Shown: one piece after another, positions 15,462 through 22,224 of the stretch
Layout of the letters: the number at the start of each line of letters is the position of its first letter
Position numbering within the stretch: the stretch's first letter is position 1
Assembly (NCBI GenBank): GCA_004556155.1
Contig: SFIM01000018.1
Location: forward strand, 7,593-39,592
Direction: 5' to 3'
Origin: Clostridiales bacterium
GTDB lineage: Bacteria > Bacillota > Clostridia > Christensenellales > Aristaeellaceae
DNA: 32,000 nt
Notes under the pieces: model-generated
Databases searched by the model: none
Seen by the model: the letters and a program-made list of their open reading frames with translations, nothing else
What the model was told of the DNA's origin: nothing
Made by a program: the position numbers and the translations under genes

Positions 15462-16487
15462 TTACACGCCCTTGCCGAAGCCGCAGTTTGGGAAATGGCA
15501 CTCAGGGCAATTCAGGCACAGGCCGCCGTTGCCCAGGCCTGCCAGCTGCCCGGCCGCCACCGGCTCGCCCGCCAGCAGATAAGGCAGCACCAGGTCAAAT
15601 ACCGTGCGCTTGGCATACATCACGCACCCAGGCAGGCCGCACACCGGGCGGCCGTCCTGCATATAGGAAAGCAGGAACATCGCGCCAGGCAGCACCGGCG
15701 CGCCGTAGCTGACCACGCGCGCACCCGTATTGCGGATAGCCAGCGGCGTGCGGTCGTCAGGATCCACGCTCATGCCGCCCGTGCACAGCACCATATCCAG
15801 CCCGTCGGAAAGCATCTTTTGAATGGCCGCCGTAATCTCCTGGGCGTTGTCGTCCAGCGTCACATGCGCCGCCATCGTGCTGCCGTACTCGGCCAGCTTT
15901 TGCACCAGCACCGGCGTAAACTGATCCTGAATGCGGCCCTTAAACACCTCGCTGCCCGTAGTGACAATACCTACGCGGCGCGCGGGAATGGGCAGCAGGC
16001 GCAGAATAGACGTATCGCCCGCCAGAGCCCTGGCCTGCTCCATGGCTTCTTTTTCAATGGTCAAAGGGATGATGCGCGTGCCGCACAGCTTATCCCCCGC
16101 CTTGACCATAAAGCCGGAGGGGCGCGTGGCAATCATCATGCGGCCCATGCCGTTGATGGCGCGCAGGCGAGGCAGGTCGGCCAGGAAAAGGCCGTCGCAC
16201 GCCGCGGTCAATTCAATCTTGCCTTCCTTGGGCTGAGAGGCTTTCATGTGCTCCCCCATGCACAGATCGCGCAAAATGGCCGCCGCGTCGTTTTCGTGCA
16301 GCATGTTTTCGTTTTGCTCCCAAATGTATACATGCTCCTTGCCTACGCTGAGCAGCACCGGGATATCTTCCTCGCGGATGATGTGTCCCTTGCGGAACAC
16401 AGCGTCCTTGGTTATGCCCGGAATAATCTGGGTGATATCATGGCAAAGCATCTGGCCGACGGCCTCAGTGGTTTTCATCAGCTTCAT
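15462..16487 (-). CDS. MoeA-related molybdopterin-binding protein (short form) with C-terminal 4-Cys motif
   Basis: MoeA-like N-terminal region followed by a MoCF-biosynthesis (MogA/MoaB-like) domain (VGIVTTGSEV...TGGMSVDPDD). At 341 aa it is shorter than the ~400 aa typical of MoeA. It ends in CLNCPECHFPNC. ATGA overlap with the HD gene. Confidence 0.7.
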   Translation of the reverse strand: MKLMKTTEAVGQMLCHDITQIIPGITKDAVFRKGHIIREEDIPVLLSVGKEHVYIWEQNENMLHENDAAAILRDLCMGEHMKASQPKEGKIELTAACDGLFLADLPRLRAINGMGRMMIATRPSGFMVKAGDKLCGTRIIPLTIEKEAMEQARALAGDTSILRLLPIPARRVGIVTTGSEVFKGRIQDQFTPVLVQKLAEYGSTMAAHVTLDDNAQEITAAIQKMLSDGLDMVLCTGGMSVDPDDRTPLAIRNTGARVVSYGAPVLPGAMFLLSYMQDGRPVCGLPGCVMYAKRTVFDLVLPYLLAGEPVAAGQLAGLGNGGLCLNCPECHFPNCGFGKGV

Positions 16488-17008
16488 GGCTGTTTCTCTC
16501 CAATCAATAAATCATACTGTTGCTGCGCTTCCAGCGCCAGGCGATAACGGCGATCATGGGCACATAGCGCCTGCTCGGTATGGCACTTTGCGCGGCTGCG
16601 TTCAAAGCGTTCTTCCAGCGTTACGCGCTGATCGCCCTGCATGTACTTATCCGCAAGATACAGCAGCGCGCTTTCATCAAACGGCTCGCCGCTCCAATCG
16701 TGATGCACGGCCACAATGTCCGCAATCTCGGGATAGCCCAGGTCACGCAGCTTCTGCGCCCCGGCGAAAGCGTGATTGGGCTCGGTACGGCAGATATCGT
16801 GCAGCAGCGCGGCGGCAGACAGGAGCGAGCGGTTCAGCCGCACGCCATGCGCCGCCAGCGCATCGCACATTTCCAGCGCCAGACGCTGAACAGCGCGGCT
16901 ATGCGCCGCCACCTGCGGCGGAATCTGCGCCAGCAGCGTACTGCAGACGGACTCATCCGGAATGCGCGGCAAAAGCGCGGCGCCGGGCTGCATGCCAGTG
17001 TGCGACAT
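16484..17008 (-). CDS. HD-domain metal-dependent phosphohydrolase, first gene of the Mo uptake/maturation operon
   Basis: HSRAV...LLHDICR...VAVHHD pattern. GGAGG RBS precedes ATG 17008. Confidence 0.75.
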   Translation of the reverse strand: MSHTGMQPGAALLPRIPDESVCSTLLAQIPPQVAAHSRAVQRLALEMCDALAAHGVRLNRSLLSAAALLHDICRTEPNHAFAGAQKLRDLGYPEIADIVAVHHDWSGEPFDESALLYLADKYMQGDQRVTLEERFERSRAKCHTEQALCAHDRRYRLALEAQQQYDLLIGEKQP

Positions 17009-17043
17009 TTTACGCCTCCAATTTCAGGAAAATCGATTTGCAC

Positions 17044-17089
17044 ATATCGATACTATATCATTATACTGAACAAATTTTATTTTGTCCAG
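17044..17089 (-). promoter_or_regulatory. promoter plus composite operator, copy 3: CTGGACAAA-N5-ATTTGTTC-N15-TATCGATAT (read on the minus strand)
   Basis: On the minus strand: TGGACA (17088-17083), a 17-nt spacer, then TATAAT (17065-17060). The inverted repeat fills the -35/spacer region and TATCGATAT (17052-17044) lies just downstream of the -10. Block spacing is identical to 7075-7120. Confidence 0.6.
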
Positions 17090-17182
17090 TATATAATTCG
17101 ATATATGCCGTGCAATTTCGGCGTATCGCTAAACAATAATTATATTGTTCATTATTTTGGCATATCCCGGCACACGCAAAGA

Positions 17183-17200
17183 AGCGCCCCGAAGGGCGCT
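17183..17200 (-). terminator. intrinsic terminator after the MBL hydrolase gene
   Basis: AGCGCCC / GGGCGCT 7-bp stem with a 4-nt loop, followed on the mRNA strand by UCUUUG. It lies 9 nt after the stop at 17209. Confidence 0.6.
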
Positions 17201-17208
17201 GGATATCG

Positions 17209-18144
17209 TCAATCAAAGAAATCCGTTTGTCTGTCCTTGCCGGTCAGCACCTCATATTCGCCGTCGCCGGCCGTGCTGACGCGCACGTCGCCATCCAGGA
17301 AGATATGGTACATCTGCTTGCCGTTGCGGGCATATTTCTGCGCGACAAATACGCTGCCCAGCAGATCGTTTGTAATCACGGTGATGTCCGGGTTGACCGT
17401 TTTGCGCCACTTGGGCGAATTGGAGGTATCCAGGCCATGATGATTGGCTTTGATCACGTCGGCATGCAGCGCATCGCCCCAGCGCTTGACCACATCCGTT
17501 TCACCCGTGCTGTATAGATCGCCCGCCATCAGGAAGGAGGAATCGCCGTACACAAACTTGAGCACCAGCGAATGGTTGTTCATAAACTGCGTGCCGCTCT
17601 TGGGGTAATCGGCATAATAGGATATCTCGGCCTCCGGGTTATACACGTATACCGTCACCTGATCGCCAAACATGAAGCTATCGCCCTCGTGCAGATAAAC
17701 CTGCTCGATGTGATTACGCTCAATCGCCGCGACGTAGCCCTTATAGGTATTGGTGGTATGCCAAAGCTCAGTTGAATAATGAATGCCCACCTCATAGCGA
17801 TCCATCAGCGCAGCCATGCCGCCGATATGATCGATATGCGGATGCGACGCTACCAGATAATCAATCTTCTTTACGCCCATCGCGTCCAGCGCGGCGATGA
17901 TATACTGCGTCGCCTGCGGATGACCCGCATCCAGCACCATGATCTTGCCGTCGGGCGAGGTCAGAATCATGCAGTCGCCTGGCTTATCATCCGCCACCTG
18001 CGGCCCAAGCCACAGATAGCGCACGGTCAGCCTGTCTGCATCCTGGGCGGTATCGTAAACCTGGCCGTAGCGCGCATCCTCGGCAAGGGCGCAGGAAAAC
18101 AGCATACACAGCAGCAGCGCCAGCGCAATCAGGCGTTTTTTCAT
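17209..18144 (-). CDS. secreted MBL-fold metallo-hydrolase (ComEC C-terminal-domain type)
   Basis: Signal peptide MKKRLIALALLLCMLFSCALA. HxHxDH motif SHPHIDHIGG. Context DCMILTSPDGKIMVLDAGH is typical of ComEC/Rec2-related beta-lactamase-fold domains. Confidence 0.8.
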   Translation of the reverse strand: MKKRLIALALLLCMLFSCALAEDARYGQVYDTAQDADRLTVRYLWLGPQVADDKPGDCMILTSPDGKIMVLDAGHPQATQYIIAALDAMGVKKIDYLVASHPHIDHIGGMAALMDRYEVGIHYSTELWHTTNTYKGYVAAIERNHIEQVYLHEGDSFMFGDQVTVYVYNPEAEISYYADYPKSGTQFMNNHSLVLKFVYGDSSFLMAGDLYSTGETDVVKRWGDALHADVIKANHHGLDTSNSPKWRKTVNPDITVITNDLLGSVFVAQKYARNGKQMYHIFLDGDVRVSTAGDGEYEVLTGKDRQTDFFD

Positions 18145-18212
18145 CGTTGGTTCCTCCCATATGGAAAAGACTTATTGTAGTTTTCAATGGCAATGCGGCG
18201 GCCGCGCAGGCG

Positions 18213-19352
18213 TTATTTCATCGCGGCCTTGCTCATGCCCGTCATGATGTACTTCTGCAGGATCAGGAAGAGCAGGATGATCGGCACAATGCCCATCACC
18301 GCGCCGGCCATGATTTCATTATAGTTGGAGGTCTCCAAGCCGGAGAAGGTTTGGCGAAGGTAGGTGACGCCCACAGCGATGGTACGGCGCACGTCGGTAG
18401 TGGTGATCATCTTGGGCCAGAAATAGCTGTTCCAGCCGCCGATGAAGGAGAGGATGCTCAGCGTAATCAGCGTAGGCGCGCACATCGGGCACAGCACATG
18501 CACGATGGTGCCGATGCGCCCCATGCCGTCGATGCGGCCTGCCTCGATATAGCTGTCGTCCACCGACATGAACGCCTGCCGAAGCATAAAGATGAAATAC
18601 GCCGATACAAGGTTCGGCACCACCAGGCCGGGGAAGGAGTTAAGCCAGTTCAGGCGCGATACCATCACATAGATGGGAATAAACGTGACCTGGAAGGGCA
18701 CCATCAGCGCGCCCAGAACGATCAGGAAGAACACGTTTTTGCCCGGGAAATTTCCCTTGGAGAAGCCATACGCCGCCAACACGCCCAGCGTCAATTCGCC
18801 CAGCATGATGAAGGCGGTCATAATCATGGTGTTGTAAAAGTACTTCAGGAACGGCGCGCGGCGCAGAACGTTTGGATAATTCTGAAAATTGAATTTCAGC
18901 GGCCACAGGGTAGGCACGGGATTGAGCAGCTCCTCGCTGGTTTTGAAGGAGGAAATAATCATCCAGTAAATCGGAAAGAGCATCACCAGCGTAAAGAGTG
19001 TCGCCGCGATATACTGCAGCGCCCGCATGGTGCGGCGCATGGCCATCTGGCGGCGCGGATCGGCCTGGACCAGGGGCGAAATAAAGCGCAGACACAAAAG
19101 CCCCACAGCCGCAACGCCCAGGCAGACGGCCGCCGCCGTAAGATACGTGCTTCTGGCGCGCGCCAGGGCGGAAAGCGAGTGCGTGATTTCGTATTCCGTC
19201 ATGTCCGCCGTAACGCGGCCCATGGCGTTGTGATAGCTGATTACGCCAACCAGCCCCAGGACGCCCAGCACAAGCGCAAAGGCCAGAAACAGCATCATAA
19301 TATCAAACCAGCCGGAGCGGCGCATCCGCAGCAGATGATTTTCTTTTTGCAT
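18213..19352 (-). CDS. carbohydrate-type (CUT1, MalG/UgpE-like) ABC permease with ~100 aa N-terminal extension
   Basis: The core begins around MAMRRTMRALQYIAATLFTLVMLFPIYWMI. Two extra hydrophobic segments lie upstream. The full-length start is supported by GGAAGGAGAA 7 nt before ATG 19352 and only a 20-nt gap to the preceding gene. Confidence 0.8.
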   Translation of the reverse strand: MQKENHLLRMRRSGWFDIMMLFLAFALVLGVLGLVGVISYHNAMGRVTADMTEYEITHSLSALARARSTYLTAAAVCLGVAAVGLLCLRFISPLVQADPRRQMAMRRTMRALQYIAATLFTLVMLFPIYWMIISSFKTSEELLNPVPTLWPLKFNFQNYPNVLRRAPFLKYFYNTMIMTAFIMLGELTLGVLAAYGFSKGNFPGKNVFFLIVLGALMVPFQVTFIPIYVMVSRLNWLNSFPGLVVPNLVSAYFIFMLRQAFMSVDDSYIEAGRIDGMGRIGTIVHVLCPMCAPTLITLSILSFIGGWNSYFWPKMITTTDVRRTIAVGVTYLRQTFSGLETSNYNEIMAGAVMGIVPIILLFLILQKYIMTGMSKAAMK

Positions 19353-19372
19353 ATAAACGTTCTCCTTCCGCT

Positions 19373-20569
19373 TTACTGGTCGTAGTTGGTTTTACGGTTG
19401 GACCATTTCATCGTCAGCGCCGTGCAAACCAGCAGGATAATAAAGAACACAACCGATACCGTGGCCGAGCGTTCCATGCGGAAGTCATGGAACGCCGTGT
19501 TGTAAATCCACTGCACCATCACGTTGGTCGCCTTGCCGGGGCCGCCGCCCGTCATAACGTCCACGGACTGGAACACCTTCATGCTGGCGATAAACGTGGT
19601 TACCAGCAGGAAGACGGTGGTGGGCGTCAGCAGCGGCACCGTGATATGGCGGAAGCGCTGCACGCCGTCCGCGCCGTCTATGGCCGCAGCCTCGTAATAA
19701 TCCTGGGGAATGCCCTTCATGGCGGACAGATAAATCATCATGCCATAGCCCGTCACGCGCCAGAAGGTTAAAAACAGAATGCCCGCAAGGGCCGTATCTT
19801 CCTTGTTCAGCCAATCCACGCCCTCAAAGCCAAGCATATTGAGCAGATGGTTCAGGATGCCGTGATTGCCGTGGAGGATCCATAAGAATACGATGGCGCT
19901 GGTGGAGACGGCGATATACTTTGGCATAAACACCGCGGCGCGCAGCACGTTGAAATAGCGCGTCATATGATTGAACAGAAGCGCCAGCAGCATGCCGATC
20001 ACCAGCGTAAACACCAGCTCCCAGAAGGTGTAGGTGATGGTAATTTTGAGCGACTGGAAGAAGTACTTCCAGCCCGAGCCCTGGAACAGCCACTTGTAGT
20101 TTTTGAAGCCGACCTGCTTGAAGTTATCGTTGCCCAGCTTCATATCCGTAAAGCTGATACGCACCAGATCAATGATCGGATAGTATACGAACATCATAAA
20201 GAAGATCATCGCCGGCACAATGCACAGAAAATCAATATAGCGCTCCCTGCGCAGCGCCAGCATCATCACGCCCAGCAGCGTCAGCGCGATGCCAAGAATC
20301 ATGATAATGCAGGCCGTTTTCAGATATTCGCTCAGCAGGCCCATGCCGCCCGATACGCTGGTGCCGGCTGAAAGCGCTGCCTTACGGGCGGCGGCAACGC
20401 GCGTAAACAGCTCCTGATTTACGCACCGCAGGTCGTTGACAAGGTATCCATAGACCCCGGCCACAAAGAATATAACCCCGAATACGATCATTGCAATCGC
20501 AGCCGCCCTGCGCAGCGGGGAGTGCCCCAGAGGGCGTTTGTTTACGCCGATGCTTTTTGCCGCCTGCAT
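19373..20569 (-). CDS. carbohydrate-type (CUT1, MalF/UgpA-like) ABC permease with ~110 aa N-terminal extension
   Basis: The core begins around RYIDFLCIVPAMIFFMMFVYYPI. Two extra N-terminal hydrophobic segments are present. GAGGTGA RBS lies 5 nt before ATG 20569. Confidence 0.8.
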   Translation of the reverse strand: MQAAKSIGVNKRPLGHSPLRRAAAIAMIVFGVIFFVAGVYGYLVNDLRCVNQELFTRVAAARKAALSAGTSVSGGMGLLSEYLKTACIIMILGIALTLLGVMMLALRRERYIDFLCIVPAMIFFMMFVYYPIIDLVRISFTDMKLGNDNFKQVGFKNYKWLFQGSGWKYFFQSLKITITYTFWELVFTLVIGMLLALLFNHMTRYFNVLRAAVFMPKYIAVSTSAIVFLWILHGNHGILNHLLNMLGFEGVDWLNKEDTALAGILFLTFWRVTGYGMMIYLSAMKGIPQDYYEAAAIDGADGVQRFRHITVPLLTPTTVFLLVTTFIASMKVFQSVDVMTGGGPGKATNVMVQWIYNTAFHDFRMERSATVSVVFFIILLVCTALTMKWSNRKTNYDQ

Positions 20570-20591
20570 ACATTCACCTCATATCAAACAT

Positions 20592-20617
20592 GGGAGGAGG
20601 AGCTGCCTCCTCCTCCC
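20592..20617 (-). other. perfect 11-bp stem-loop between the binding-protein and permease genes
   Basis: GGGAGGAGGAG (20592-20602), loop CTGC, CTCCTCCTCCC (20607-20617). Confidence 0.55.
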
Positions 20618-20641
20618 GCATAAATGTTTCTTCAGTAGCGC

Positions 20642-21940
20642 TTACTGATCTTCAAGGATTTCGTTCACTTCGGTTACCAGCTCATCCAGGGTATCCTGAA
20701 CGGGAGCCTTTTCGTTGAACACCTTGGCCAGAGCATGACGCCACAGGTTGGCAATCTGGTCATAGGCGGGGTGCTGGTTGCGGGGGTTGATCCAGGAAGC
20801 CATGGACACGACGGATTCCATCGCGGGCTTGCGGGTCAGATATTCCTGATAGTCTTCGGTGCCCTGCACGCTCTGACGGGTGGGGAAGTAACCGGTCTGG
20901 TCGGCCCAGTACAGGTTGATTTCGGGGCTGGTCATGAACTGCAGCAGCTTCCACGCAGCGTTCTTCTGCGCCTGAGAGGCCTTTTCGGGGATCAGCAGCA
21001 CGCAGCCGCCCACTTCGCTCTTGAAGGTCTCGCCGTCGTTGCCGCCGGGGCACCAGGCCATACCCACTTCGAACTTGCCCTTTACCAGGGTGTTTACGTA
21101 GGTGTCATACAGGGAGGAGGTGTGGAACACGGAGAAGGTGCCCTCGTCCGCGAACAGCTGGCGCATGTTGGAGGAAGCGCCGGTGCCGTAGGCGTAGTAG
21201 GCATAGCCCTTATCGCACCACTCGGCAATCTTGGCGGTGATCTGCGCAGCCAGCTCGCTGTTCAGGTCGCTCTTGTTTTCTTCTTCATTGATTACCTGGA
21301 CGCCGTTGTTCTTGTACAGCATCTCATAGTACCAGTAATCCCAGCCGCCGAAGACGGTGCCGTAACGCTTGGTGGTGCCGTCCTCGTTGAAGATGGTGGC
21401 CTTCTTCAGGAACTCTTCCATGTCGTCAAAGGTCTTTGGCATTTCAATACCTTCGGCGTCGGCGGCAGTCTTATTGTAGTACATTACCTGGGTGGAGATC
21501 AGGTAGGGCAGGCAGATCTGCTGGCCCTGATAGCTGGTGGAAGCAACCAGGCCCTCGCCGAAGTCCATCACATCGTAGCCGCTGGCCTGCATATAGGGGG
21601 TCAGATCGGTGCAGATGCCCTGCGCGCCGTACATGGCGGGATAGGAGGTGTTGGCAACGCACAGCGCCGGCACGTTTTCGGCCGTGACCGCGCTCATCAG
21701 CTTGGTATGGATATCGGAATAGGAGCCTTGATAGATGGGCGTAACGGTGATCAGGGGATTTTCCTTGGCGAACTGCTCCAGCATGCCGTCCAACAGACCG
21801 GAATACTGCTCTTCATGGCTGTGCCACCATTCGATGGTGATGGGCTCGGTAATGGCATAGGGGTCCGCAGTCTCGGCGAAAGCGGGAGCAATGCCGATCA
21901 GCAGCAGCGCTGCCAGCAAAAGGGCCAACGTTTTCTTCAT
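20642..21940 (-). CDS. extracellular solute-binding protein family 1 (UgpB/sugar-type) lipoprotein or secreted SBP
   Basis: Signal peptide MKKTLALLLAALLLIGIAPAFA. Segments resemble E. coli UgpB as recalled from memory, with no alignment run: IEWWHSHEE..., MYYNKTAADAEGI, LLQFMTSPEINLYWADQTGYFP. Confidence 0.8.
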   Translation of the reverse strand: MKKTLALLLAALLLIGIAPAFAETADPYAITEPITIEWWHSHEEQYSGLLDGMLEQFAKENPLITVTPIYQGSYSDIHTKLMSAVTAENVPALCVANTSYPAMYGAQGICTDLTPYMQASGYDVMDFGEGLVASTSYQGQQICLPYLISTQVMYYNKTAADAEGIEMPKTFDDMEEFLKKATIFNEDGTTKRYGTVFGGWDYWYYEMLYKNNGVQVINEEENKSDLNSELAAQITAKIAEWCDKGYAYYAYGTGASSNMRQLFADEGTFSVFHTSSLYDTYVNTLVKGKFEVGMAWCPGGNDGETFKSEVGGCVLLIPEKASQAQKNAAWKLLQFMTSPEINLYWADQTGYFPTRQSVQGTEDYQEYLTRKPAMESVVSMASWINPRNQHPAYDQIANLWRHALAKVFNEKAPVQDTLDELVTEVNEILEDQ

Positions 21941-21978
21941 GAGGGTGTCCTTCCTTTCTTATTTATCCTTCTATTTTC

Positions 21979-22000
21979 TTCGCGCGTTTGCCTGCGCGAA
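21979..22000 (-). promoter_or_regulatory. 5' UTR stem-loop of the ABC importer operon
   Basis: TTCGCGC (21979-21985) pairs perfectly with GCGCGAA (21994-22000), with an 8-nt loop. It lies in the ~95-nt leader between the predicted -10 and ATG 21940. No U-tract follows. Confidence 0.35.
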
Positions 22001-22044
22001 AAGGATCGCCTTTGCATGTGTCCATTTTTCCATAACGTGCTTAT

Positions 22045-22073
22045 ACTATATCATCTTTGGCAGAAATGTGCAA
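22045..22073 (-). promoter_or_regulatory. sigma-A promoter with extended -10 for the ABC importer operon
   Basis: On the minus strand: TTGCAC (22073-22068), a 17-nt spacer, then TGATATAGT (TGn + TATAGT, with the -10 at 22050-22045). Confidence 0.55.
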
Positions 22074-22161
22074 TATGCTTTTTATATTTTATTTTTATTT
22101 ACCCAATCAGACATCTCTGCAGCTTTCTGCGCTTGTTTTGTATTTTTATCAGTCAAAAAAC

Positions 22162-22192
22162 GCCTTTCACGCTTGCTTTCGGCGTGAAAGGC
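22162..22192 (-). terminator. intrinsic terminator after the PHP gene
   Basis: GCCTTTCACGC (22162-22172) pairs perfectly with GCGTGAAAGGC (22182-22192). A U6 run follows on the mRNA strand (A-run 22155-22160 on plus). Confidence 0.8.
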
Positions 22193-22224
22193 ATTTTCCG
22201 ATTGTTTGCCCTTTGTATCGCTTT

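Noticed and set aside
17044-17060. Resemblance of ATCGATACTATAT to the enterobacterial ModE operator (ATCG.TATATA type)
   Set aside because: The match is only partial and has an insertion. I am recalling the ModE consensus from memory and no ModE-like gene is in the window. The element is treated as part of the composite operator instead.
21891-22187. 98-aa plus-strand ORF in the AT-rich region upstream of the CUT1 operon
   Set aside because: It spans the start of the SBP gene, the promoter and the PHP terminator. Its hydrophobic, Phe-rich translation is typical of AT-rich non-coding DNA, and it has no RBS.
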